From: a virus
Taxonomy: Duplodnaviria; Caudoviricetes
Virus record (IMG/VR): IMGVR_UViG_3300026097_000028
Coordinates: 1 to 56,928 of that record
DNA: 56,928 nt
Strand: one strand, 5' to 3'
A program made the position numbers and the translations under genes. The notes beneath the pieces were generated by a model that made no database searches, was not told the DNA's origin, and worked only from the letters and a program-made list of their open reading frames with translations. Positions 39,701-47,162 of this stretch are shown in pieces (the first letter of the stretch is position 1; each line of letters starts with the position of its first letter).

Positions 39701-40493
39701 AACTATTTATGGGCAATTAAATTTACAAGAAGCGCCGGCTGCGGGTTCTACTCCATATGCATTAGTATGGGATAATACCGATGGTGGTGTTAAATATAGA
39801 ACACTTGGTTCAAATGCATTTAATTCTACTGATTATTTGTCAGTTAATGGTGATAATGTTATTAGTGGTTCATCTCAAGTAGATGTAACCCAAACAACTA
39901 ATTATAGTTCAATCAATCAATACTCCGATACAAAGGTAAAAACTAAATTAGATGCAGATGGTGTTATAAGTGGTTCGGATTTTACTTCCCCATCACAGGG
40001 AACCTTATCTGCGGTAATCAATGGAAATACTCAAAGTGTTGATTTAGGATTACAAACAACAGATGATGTTTCATTTAACACACTTAATATAGATGGTACA
40101 ACACAATCCACAAATATAACAAGTGGGGCATTAATTGTTGATGGTGGTGTTGGTATTGCAAAAACATTAAATGTGGGTGAAGATATTGTTGCATATGCAT
40201 CTTCAGATAGAAGATTAAAAGATAATATTTTACCAATTTCTAATCCTTTGCAAAAAATTAACTCAATTGGCGGATATAGTTTTGATTGGAATGTAGAAAA
40301 ACAACATATTTATAAAGGTAAAGATTACGGAGTTATTGCTCAAGAAATTGAAGAAATTCTACCAGAATTAGTAGATACTCGAGAAAATGGGTATAAAGCT
40401 GTAAAATACGATAAATTAGTATCACTTTTAATAGAGGGTATTAAGGAGTTATCAACAGAAGTAGAACAACTAAAACAACAAATTAACAAATAG
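33753..40493 (+). CDS. Long tail fibre protein (2246 aa) with C-terminal S74 intramolecular chaperone
   Basis: Many VSGSSQ / FSSSVDxRL repeats; C-terminal AYASSDRRLKDNI..FDW..GVIAQEIEEILPELV..AVKYDKLVSLLIEGIKEL. Confidence 0.85.
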   Translation: MAAILKLRRGTSTPTLVESELFFNQSDTTLEVGTSLTNITLVKIGENSGSISFSGDITASNLSLSGNANISGNVTLGGSIYLGDGDSTDEIIVNASLSGSLVPDTDALYDLGSTSFRYNNLHVVSASIENLMVGGSGILSSSQQITDYNIFLEINGDNVVSGSSQINVNNTQNFTPFSSSVDMRLFQLEGFSSSLDSIYATEDELNTATQSLSASITITNDEQDVRLDNIETFTASLDVTYEEIASSTHTLVSGSSQVDLNDTQNFTPFSSSVDTRLDKVEFTSSLNETNITELFFTTSNHESRVVDLELTGSDHEDRIDLLESFSSSLDNTFVTETELNDATSSLSASLTETDVDFESRIDTLETTFSSSVDSRLTAQELFSESLDSTFLNTNGDNVISGSDQVTSSLDLRYLEINGDNVISGSDQVTSSLDLRYEEKASATHTLISGSTQFTNGSGILSSSNENFTTFSSSIDDRVNIIETTFSTSVDLRLDEIETTFSTSVDDQLTQIHAYTSSLKTSIDVSGTDLIVLGNLTVQGTQTSLNTTETFIEDKTLTIASGSTTSAEADGAGIIIDGANKSIVWNHTEQVFELNTKVSSSVGFKGDGSELENVTAVDVEYLNVLNKPTLVSGSSQISYPLISNIPSGIVSGSSQVNADSITNFDSNVKDKMNLDNVISGSSQILNGSGILSSSNENFTTFSSSVDNRLDTIETTFSSSVDSRLDFIEGDFSSSVDSRLEAQEIFSASLDNEFLNTNGDNVVSGSEQVTSSLDLRYEEIGSLTHTLVSGSSQIDVTQTNNIETIATTGSNIFIGNQEITGSIKSSGSVSFEGIPWPSIGSESHILKTEPYTLNLLSGDRIYDYAGIALEHYEESPGYYHNSIAIYSFDNHDTPSYGTEFNVGPLRNHMRVYPSSSSEVLDESHMANISIEDLQNGETRGLFYADNLQIGVFNSEAITLGNSSSHIYINGTELVTDTPISSSNFISASFFIGDGSKLENIVASEITYENITGLPSGIVSGSSQIDVTQTTNYSSIRQYDNSDNTAHLNSLGVISGSVYSSDNQGILISDINGIETTTDLGLSITSEPSFSAISLTSLAVDLSETEYTVLLLSSSNEVIQGELGSAAFYHVSNSIDDGNPLVLGNAGAVKTYVDAKIIAASAGDITEVNAGPGLGGGSTIGAATLNLDTGSQHFIEGVNGIAPTLPEGLVSGSDQVTQSLDLRYVTKEGDNVISGSLFVEDIDDGQERVIFEVNNREATIFQVNNDIYATNHGAEIIMNLSNGYGLLDGDITITGDLTVTGTTTTINTTNLNVEDNVIELNYGGSATNGGILVKDTNGTLTSGSLLWDSTTDSWIAGPLGFETRILTTADNVITDSNIDSKIKLKLDNDNVHSGSYLGTATTSDLDEGINLYYNDTRVKNKLNNDSVISGSTQITNNSGILSSSNENFTDFSSSVDSRFGALSTDYNDLQNVPSGIVSSSTQISNFNTFLEKNNNGVISGSEQIDVYDIDNFIVYSSSVDARIDLLESFSSSLDAGFVTEAELNTATQSLKEFVDLKLNNDDVHSGSYLGTATTSDLSEGVNLYYNDNRVKTKLDADGVISGSTFTTFSSSVDARIDLLESFSSSLDAGFVTEAELNTATQSLQDSIDLKLNITSYTTDSSSFDSRIDSLEGVTSENPLTFSDTSTIDLTRVGDTITADVIGGVVSGSSQVIDILNSLNSYTSSNDTLNTTQDGRLDSLETYTGSVDSLYEEKASSTHTLVSGSTQITNNSGILSSSNEDFTTFSSSVDTRIDSLEGDIHTHANKANLDTINQDLSTTSNITFGDLNILGTGSFGTDVTIYGDLTVLGTETIINTTNLAIQDNMIYLNSGSIVTNPDLGWSGNYNDGVYAHAGMFRDASDNGIFKIYDGYTPEPEGDIDTTHTSFNLADLRVNNSYVNKIDFMVGGISSGSIQSIGDDLGIVSKGGISLVTSGGGDGVLIDAAGNTTIYGQLNLQEAPAAGSTPYALVWDNTDGGVKYRTLGSNAFNSTDYLSVNGDNVISGSSQVDVTQTTNYSSINQYSDTKVKTKLDADGVISGSDFTSPSQGTLSAVINGNTQSVDLGLQTTDDVSFNTLNIDGTTQSTNITSGALIVDGGVGIAKTLNVGEDIVAYASSDRRLKDNILPISNPLQKINSIGGYSFDWNVEKQHIYKGKDYGVIAQEIEEILPELVDTRENGYKAVKYDKLVSLLIEGIKELSTEVEQLKQQINK
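34931..35060 (+). repeat. Tandem duplication, 69-nt period (NGDNVISGSDQVTSSLDLRY twice)
   Basis: 34931-34991 is identical to 35000-35060. Confidence 0.9.
38289..38672 (+). repeat. Near-identical repeat of about 105 bp with 279-nt period (SSVDARIDLLESFSSSLDAGFVTEAELNTATQSL)
   Basis: Copies start at about 38289 and 38568; one mismatch seen. Confidence 0.85.
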
Positions 40494-40505
40494 GGAAATA
40501 AGTAA

Positions 40506-41132
40506 ATGGCTCAGATTATCAAATTAAAAAGAAGTCTTGTACAAGGTTCTAAACCAACCACCTCCGATTTATCGGCAGGAGAATTAGCAATTAACGTCTA
40601 TGACGGTAAAGTATTTCTCCGTAAATCAGGTTCGGTAGATGAAGTACAAGAAGTAATTACTAACGATTATAGTGGTAGTATCACCATAGACGGTGCAATT
40701 ACCGCTTCCTTCTTCAAGGGAGATGGTTCGCAATTAACAAACATAACAGTTGACCAGGCTGCTACTATTAAATCATCATTTACAGATTCATCAACTTGGG
40801 TAGTAACTCATAACTTAGATACTAATACTCCGTTAGTTCAGGTGTATGATATAAATGACTACCAAATCATACCACAAACATTAAGAATTACTGATTCAAA
40901 TACAGTAACTATCACATTCCCTACTGTAGAAAGTGGACATGTTGTTGTTGGTAAAGGTGGACACATCGTTAGTGGTTCAATCTCTGCAGAGAACATTGAT
41001 GGATTTGATAACTTAGTAAAAACAAGATTAGATGCTGAAGAAGTAGTAAGTGGTTCAACTCAATTTTTGGGTGATGTTACTGGTACTCCTTTTGCAACTG
41101 TTATAGCTTCCGTTGATGGAGGAGATATTTAA
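40506..41132 (+). CDS. Fibre-associated protein
   Basis: MAQIIKLKRS..GELAINVYDGKVF; WVVTHNL..VQVYD module; C-terminal VDGGDI. Confidence 0.65.
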   Translation: MAQIIKLKRSLVQGSKPTTSDLSAGELAINVYDGKVFLRKSGSVDEVQEVITNDYSGSITIDGAITASFFKGDGSQLTNITVDQAATIKSSFTDSSTWVVTHNLDTNTPLVQVYDINDYQIIPQTLRITDSNTVTITFPTVESGHVVVGKGGHIVSGSISAENIDGFDNLVKTRLDAEEVVSGSTQFLGDVTGTPFATVIASVDGGDI

Positions 41133-41169
41133 TAAATTAGTAATAAACAAAAAACAAGGATAAGAAAAA

Positions 41170-44100
41170 ATGATTATACACAGTCCCATAATTTCAGGTT
41201 CGTTAACGTTCGCAGATGGTTCTACTTTTACACTACCCGATGGTGGTAATTATAGTGGTTCTTTTAGTGGTTCAATACAAATCTCAGAAGTTCAATCACA
41301 TTTAATACCAGATACCGCAGTAGCATATGATTTAGGTTCTGAGGCATTCCCATTTAGAGATTTGTACCTAAGTACTGCTTCCATTTGGTTTGGTGATAAA
41401 GGAAAGATGTCTTTTGGTAGCACTTCAACAGGATTCTCTATATCGGATGATGAGGGTATAGCTGTACCATTTGTAGCATCTAAACTTAGTTTAGCACCTG
41501 CTAATTTTGAACCTATTTCATTCACCTCATTTGGTGGAGGATTTTCAGTAGTAAATACACTTACATCAGAACCTGCACCAGCACAATTCTCTAAGTTTAC
41601 TCTTAAACAAACAAGTGCTAGTTCAGGTAGTGTTGCTATACCTTCAAATGGTGGGGTTTCTTTCTTGAATGTGGGTGAATCGCAATGTACTTATTACTTT
41701 GTTGACAACGTATCTCTCTCTGAAAATTTGAATATTTCATATACAGATTGTAATGGTCAACCTCAAACTGCTAGTATAAATGCCAATACAAACAATCATG
41801 AAGTACAGGCACAAGAAGGTAGTATTGTACGAACTGGTGGAAGTGATAATTATAGAATAAAATTAGATAGATATGTAGGTGCAGAAGCATCTCCGATTGA
41901 GGTTGCTAAATTAACTGTAACTGGTTCCGCAGGAGGTGGTACAATTGTATCTACCGATTCTGGTATTAAGATAACAACCCCAGAAGATGAAACCCAACCA
42001 AAAGAATTACAAACTTCGGGATTAACATTAACTAATGATTCTGGTGTTGCTGGAACAAAAGTTACTGCTAATGCTGGAACTGGTCAAGTATCTTTTACTG
42101 ATTTATTTGATAATTCTGTTGGTATTGTAGCTGAACAAGTAACTATACCACCTGCAAGCGGTTCTTCATCAACTACAACAACTGTTATTAGACAAAAAGA
42201 GACTGCCGATGGTGGTGGTGTTTCTTTCTTTGAAGTTGGTAGTTCTCAATGTGCTAGATATAGAATAATAAACCATTCTACACAACAAAATTTATTTTTC
42301 AACTATACTGATTGTGATGGTAACCCTGTATCAAGTGCTCAGATTTTAACATCTACAAGTGATATTGTTACTATGCAAATGGGTTCTTTCCAAAGAACTG
42401 GTGGTGGCAGTGACCATTACGATATTAAATTACTTGATTACGTTAACGCAGATTACGCTGTTGCTGAAATTAAACAATTAGAAATAAGTACGACTGGTTC
42501 TTCTGATAATATTGTTATACGTCTTGATAATGATGTGGTAGATGGTACACCAAAACTAATACTTAATGTAAGTGGCTCTGATGATCCCGCAGAACTTCAA
42601 ACAGGTAATATAATAGTATCTGGTTCAAACGGAACTTCTACAATTACAAATGACTTACCAGGTGAAGGACTCGCTGTAACAGATGCAACTGGTTCTCTTA
42701 CTCCAGTTAAAGCAAAAACATTTGAACTTGAGGACCCTGATAGTGGTGATATAATTACACTTAGTGTATCAAGTGGTTCATTAAACACTACTGCTACTAA
42801 CTCAAGTGGTTCTACTATTGCTAACCCAAAATCTAATTTAAGTGGTTCATTCACGGGTTCATTCGGGTTAACTGGTGATATTACATCAGAAGCTGATTGT
42901 GTAAAAATTGGTACAGAATTAAATCCAATATGCGATATATATGCTACACGTATTACTGGTTCATTAAGTGGTACTGTAAATGGAATTAACATTGTTGATG
43001 TAAAAGCAAATGTTGATGCAATCTTATCTGGCTCTGCTGCTGATAAAGATTCATTCGCAGAGATTGTAAGTTTAATAAACTCAGTAGATACGACTAACGA
43101 CTCGGTATTTGCTGGATTTGTAACTTCTTCAAATGCTGCACAAGGTGTTCAAGATGGTAGGTTAACTGCGTTGGAAGCCGCTAGTGGTTCTATTATATCC
43201 GATTTATCTTCACACGAAGGTAGAACAGATAATCCACACTCTGTTACCGCTACTCAAGTTGGTTTAGGAAATGTAGATAATACATCAGATACTAACAAAC
43301 CAGTTTCAACTGCACAACAAACCGCATTAGATGCTAAATTAAATATTAATGATGATGGTGTAATTAGTGGTTCTTCTCAAGTAGATATTATAAATACAAG
43401 TGGATTTACTGTATTTTCTGGTTCATTAAAAGCAACTGATGATTCACTTACTAATAGAATTGGTGAGTTGGAATCATTCTCTTCTTCATTGGATGCAGGA
43501 TTTGTAACTGAAGCAGAATTAACTTCATTATCATCTTCAATAAAATTTACTACGGATTTTCATGATGGTAGATTAGATGATTTAGAATCATTCTCTTCTT
43601 CATTGGATGCAGGATTTGTAACTGAAGGAGAATTATCGAATCTATCTGGTTCAATTAACTCCACAATTAATGCATTAACTACATCTGATATTGGTGAAGG
43701 TAGTAACTTATACTATACTGATACACGAGTTAAAACTAAATTAGATGCAGATGGTGTAATTAGTGGTTCATCTCAGATAACCATTACAGAATCTCAAATT
43801 TCTGATTTAGTTCATTATACAGATTCTGATGTTAAATTGAAACTAGATGCAGATGGTGTAATTAGTGGTTCATCTCAAATATCTTATGTTGGATTATCAA
43901 ATATCCCAAGTGGAATTGTTAGTGGTTCATCTCAAATTGATATAACTGCAACTACGAACTACTCAACTGTATCTTCTCACATTTCATCTACTTCTAACCC
44001 ACATAGTGTAACTGCTACTCAAGTTGGTTTAGGAAATGTAACAAATGAGAGTAAAACTACAATGTTTAACAACTCTACATTAACCGGAACAACTACCGTT

Positions 44101-45126
44101 GATAGTATTAGTTTTGATTCTGGATCTATAACCACCGATAGTGGTGATTTAGGAATTGTTGCACAGGGTGGAATATCCCTCGTAACCTCAGGTGGTGGTG
44201 ATGGTGTATTGATAGATGCTAATGGTAACACTACTATTTATGGTGCACTTGCATTAGAATCTATTCCTCTATCTTCAGCTTCAACCAATATCTTAGTAGC
44301 TGGAGCAGGAAATGTTGTTTCATACAGAACTCTTGGTTCAAATGCATTTACATCTGATACTTACGCTCTTGATTCAGCATTAACTACTGAGAAAAATAGA
44401 ATTGATGCAATCTTAACGGGTTCACAAGCAGATAAAGATTCATTTGCTGAAATCGTAACCTTGATTAACTCAGTTGATACAAGTAACGATTCTGCATTCG
44501 CTGGATTTGTAACTTCATCAAACGCTGCACAATCAGTACAAGATGGTAGATTAGATGCATTAGAAATAGAAACTGGTTCATTAAGTACTTCGATATCTAA
44601 TCATATTGCTGATACTAATAACCCACATTCTGTTACTAAAGCACAAGTTGGTTTAGGAAATGTAGAAAATACGGCATTATCAACTTATACTGGTAATGGT
44701 GGAGCATTGGATAATCAATATATAACTAATGGCGCTGGATATACAACTTATACATCTAACCAAGCAACTGACACAACATCGAATGTAACGTTCGGTACTG
44801 TATCTGCTACGGGTGATGTTATTGCATACGCATCTTCTGATAAGAGATTAAAAGATAACATCGTAAACATTGAAAACCCAATTGAAAAAGTTCAGAAATT
44901 GAATGGTGTAACTTGGGATTGGAACTCTAACGCTGATGAATTACAACAATCTTTACCAAATGTAGGGGTTATTGCTCAAGAAGTTGAAGAAGTGTTCCCA
45001 CAATTAGTTCACGATAGAGAGAATGGATATAAAGGTGTAGATTACGCTAAATTAACCGGTCTTTTAATCGAAGCTGTTAAAGAACAACAAAAACAAATCG
45101 AGGAATTAAAATCCAAATTAGGATAA
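41170..45126 (+). CDS. Tail fibre protein (1318 aa) with C-terminal S74 chaperone
   Basis: NPHSVTATQVGLGNV repeats three times; duplicated C..YTDC module; AYASSDKRLKDNI..GVIAQEVEEVFP..VDYAKL. Confidence 0.85.
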   Translation: MIIHSPIISGSLTFADGSTFTLPDGGNYSGSFSGSIQISEVQSHLIPDTAVAYDLGSEAFPFRDLYLSTASIWFGDKGKMSFGSTSTGFSISDDEGIAVPFVASKLSLAPANFEPISFTSFGGGFSVVNTLTSEPAPAQFSKFTLKQTSASSGSVAIPSNGGVSFLNVGESQCTYYFVDNVSLSENLNISYTDCNGQPQTASINANTNNHEVQAQEGSIVRTGGSDNYRIKLDRYVGAEASPIEVAKLTVTGSAGGGTIVSTDSGIKITTPEDETQPKELQTSGLTLTNDSGVAGTKVTANAGTGQVSFTDLFDNSVGIVAEQVTIPPASGSSSTTTTVIRQKETADGGGVSFFEVGSSQCARYRIINHSTQQNLFFNYTDCDGNPVSSAQILTSTSDIVTMQMGSFQRTGGGSDHYDIKLLDYVNADYAVAEIKQLEISTTGSSDNIVIRLDNDVVDGTPKLILNVSGSDDPAELQTGNIIVSGSNGTSTITNDLPGEGLAVTDATGSLTPVKAKTFELEDPDSGDIITLSVSSGSLNTTATNSSGSTIANPKSNLSGSFTGSFGLTGDITSEADCVKIGTELNPICDIYATRITGSLSGTVNGINIVDVKANVDAILSGSAADKDSFAEIVSLINSVDTTNDSVFAGFVTSSNAAQGVQDGRLTALEAASGSIISDLSSHEGRTDNPHSVTATQVGLGNVDNTSDTNKPVSTAQQTALDAKLNINDDGVISGSSQVDIINTSGFTVFSGSLKATDDSLTNRIGELESFSSSLDAGFVTEAELTSLSSSIKFTTDFHDGRLDDLESFSSSLDAGFVTEGELSNLSGSINSTINALTTSDIGEGSNLYYTDTRVKTKLDADGVISGSSQITITESQISDLVHYTDSDVKLKLDADGVISGSSQISYVGLSNIPSGIVSGSSQIDITATTNYSTVSSHISSTSNPHSVTATQVGLGNVTNESKTTMFNNSTLTGTTTVDSISFDSGSITTDSGDLGIVAQGGISLVTSGGGDGVLIDANGNTTIYGALALESIPLSSASTNILVAGAGNVVSYRTLGSNAFTSDTYALDSALTTEKNRIDAILTGSQADKDSFAEIVTLINSVDTSNDSAFAGFVTSSNAAQSVQDGRLDALEIETGSLSTSISNHIADTNNPHSVTKAQVGLGNVENTALSTYTGNGGALDNQYITNGAGYTTYTSNQATDTTSNVTFGTVSATGDVIAYASSDKRLKDNIVNIENPIEKVQKLNGVTWDWNSNADELQQSLPNVGVIAQEVEEVFPQLVHDRENGYKGVDYAKLTGLLIEAVKEQQKQIEELKSKLG

Positions 45127-45149
45127 TACTCAAATAAAGGTAGATTTAC

Positions 45150-45203
45150 CCTCCCCATTTCATATAAGTGGGGAGGTTTAAATCCTTATATAAGGATTTT
45201 TTT
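45150..45203 (+). terminator. Hairpin plus perfect palindrome and T run (terminator or operator)
   Basis: CCTCCCCA..TGGGGAGG stem, then AAATCCTTATATAAGGATTT (45180-45199) and TTTT. Confidence 0.55.
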
Positions 45204-45244
45204 ATTTCATATAATTATAATAAACTAAAATAGAAGTCATATAT

Positions 45245-46147
45245 ATGGCACAGGTAGTAAAACTAAAGAGAACCTCCGTACAAGGTAAAATACCGCTAAC
45301 ATCCAATCTCGAATTGGGGGAATTAGCAATCAATACCTACGATGGTAGAATATTTTTTGAAAAAGATGATGGTACATTATCCATTCAAGAAATTTTAACC
45401 ACAAATTCAACAGTAAGTGGTTCCTTAACACTACAAGGCCAAATATCAGCATCTTCATTAAACATTTCAGGTAATACTACCATTGATGGTAACCTAACTA
45501 TTGGTGGTAACCTAACCATTGGTGATTCAGATACTGATTCAGTTTCATTCAGCTCAGATATATCCTCATCATTTTTACCAGATTCCAATTTAGAGTTTGA
45601 CTTAGGTTCAGATATTAAAAAATGGAATAATTTATACGTAGGAACTGCTTCAGCAGATTTTTTCGTTGGTGATGGTAGTGGATTAACAAACTTACAAGTA
45701 TCATCAAGTATTGTAGAATCAACAACTGTAACTTCTTCATTTGATTCACAAACTTCAGTTGTGGTAAATCACAATTTTGATTCAAGAAATATAATAGTAT
45801 CTGTATATGATGATTTGTACGAACAAATCATACCACAATCGGTAGTACTTACTGATAATGATAATGTTACTATTACATTCCCTTCAGTAGAAAGTGGTAT
45901 TGTAGTAGTTGCTAAAGGTGGTCATATCATATCTTCAGATGCTCTAACAACATATCGTGTAGATGTTAGTGGTAATTCATCTTACGTAGTTTCTCATTCC
46001 TTAGATGAGAGTTATCCATTCGTACAAGCATGGAATACTGATACCAATAAGATGGAAGTTCCATCTGAAATAGAAACCACCTCAAATAATTCATTAACTG
46101 TTATGTTCTCCTCGAACTTTTCCGGAAAGATTATTGTGAAAAAATAA
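45245..46147 (+). CDS. Fibre-associated protein, paralog of 40506..41132
   Basis: MAQVVKLKRT..GELAINTYDGRIF; two HNF/HSL..V.VYD beta modules. Confidence 0.65.
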   Translation: MAQVVKLKRTSVQGKIPLTSNLELGELAINTYDGRIFFEKDDGTLSIQEILTTNSTVSGSLTLQGQISASSLNISGNTTIDGNLTIGGNLTIGDSDTDSVSFSSDISSSFLPDSNLEFDLGSDIKKWNNLYVGTASADFFVGDGSGLTNLQVSSSIVESTTVTSSFDSQTSVVVNHNFDSRNIIVSVYDDLYEQIIPQSVVLTDNDNVTITFPSVESGIVVVAKGGHIISSDALTTYRVDVSGNSSYVVSHSLDESYPFVQAWNTDTNKMEVPSEIETTSNNSLTVMFSSNFSGKIIVKK

Positions 46148-46151
46148 AAAT

Positions 46152-47153
46152 ATGTACGATGTTTATTATACTACTGGTGGAGGACCTTGGGTAAACGCGG
46201 GAACCGATACTTGGGTTAATATTTGGTTAGAAGAAATTGCACCAAAATTAAAAGTAAAACCAGTACTTCTTATACACAGAAACAAACCTAACAATTTTAG
46301 AGATTATGATTACCAATTTCCAATAGAAGCGCATTGGCATGGTGATGATATTAAAAAATTTGAAAAAATAATAAAAGATTGTAGAAGAATTCACATCCTT
46401 CACGGTCACTACAAACCAATGGGTGTAATTGAAGATAATAAAAAGAAAATATTTTCAAATGTTTTACATAATTCAGTAGACCATATTTTAAAATCTCAAT
46501 TAGGAACTGATGCATCGTTTGCACATCATCCTTATATTGATTCTGGTTGGGAGCAAAACGTAAATAAATGGGCAAAACACTCTATTTGGGTTGGATTATA
46601 TGATATCAGATATAAAAATAAAAATATACCTAACTTTTATGAGTTTAAGCAAAATAAACCCTTATTTGATTCAAATAACTTAGGATTTGCTGCAAGAAGT
46701 GAAGGAAGAAAAAACCCACATTTCTTAGATGGTAAAAAAGCATATGTTTTTACAGATTCTGTTGAATTTAATGGTGTATGGAAACAAGGTTTAAAAATGG
46801 ATACACGTAAAATGAGAATATATCATTTTAAAGCAGAATTTGCTGAAAAATTTTATGATATGGACTGGGGAATATCCCATTCTTGTTTTACTAACGAACC
46901 ATTTGGTTATTCTATATTCCAAGCAGTTGATTGGGGAAAATTACCAATTTTACATACGTCTTGGTGTAAAGATTTTGAATATCCATATCGAGCTTCATTC
47001 AAAAATGATTTCGATTATATTTATAAAGAGTTACAACAAACCCCCTACGAAGAAAAAAATCGGTATTTTTTATCATTAAAAGAATATATGGTTAAAAATT
47101 TTACTGATAAAGATAGATGGGTAAGGGAACTACTTAATATTTATAATGTATAG
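46152..47153 (+). CDS. Glycosyltransferase (GT-B/GT4-like)
   Basis: GTDTWV N-terminal loop, FAARSEGRKN, donor-binding loop NEPFGYSIFQAVDWGKLPI. Confidence 0.65.
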   Translation: MYDVYYTTGGGPWVNAGTDTWVNIWLEEIAPKLKVKPVLLIHRNKPNNFRDYDYQFPIEAHWHGDDIKKFEKIIKDCRRIHILHGHYKPMGVIEDNKKKIFSNVLHNSVDHILKSQLGTDASFAHHPYIDSGWEQNVNKWAKHSIWVGLYDIRYKNKNIPNFYEFKQNKPLFDSNNLGFAARSEGRKNPHFLDGKKAYVFTDSVEFNGVWKQGLKMDTRKMRIYHFKAEFAEKFYDMDWGISHSCFTNEPFGYSIFQAVDWGKLPILHTSWCKDFEYPYRASFKNDFDYIYKELQQTPYEEKNRYFLSLKEYMVKNFTDKDRWVRELLNIYNV

Positions 47154-47162
47154 GAAAGTATT

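Noticed and set aside
33753-45126. CRISPR array or diversity-generating retroelement among the repeats
   Set aside because: Repeats are in-frame coding units without a regular repeat-spacer layout; no reverse transcriptase and no adenine-specific TR/VR pair seen
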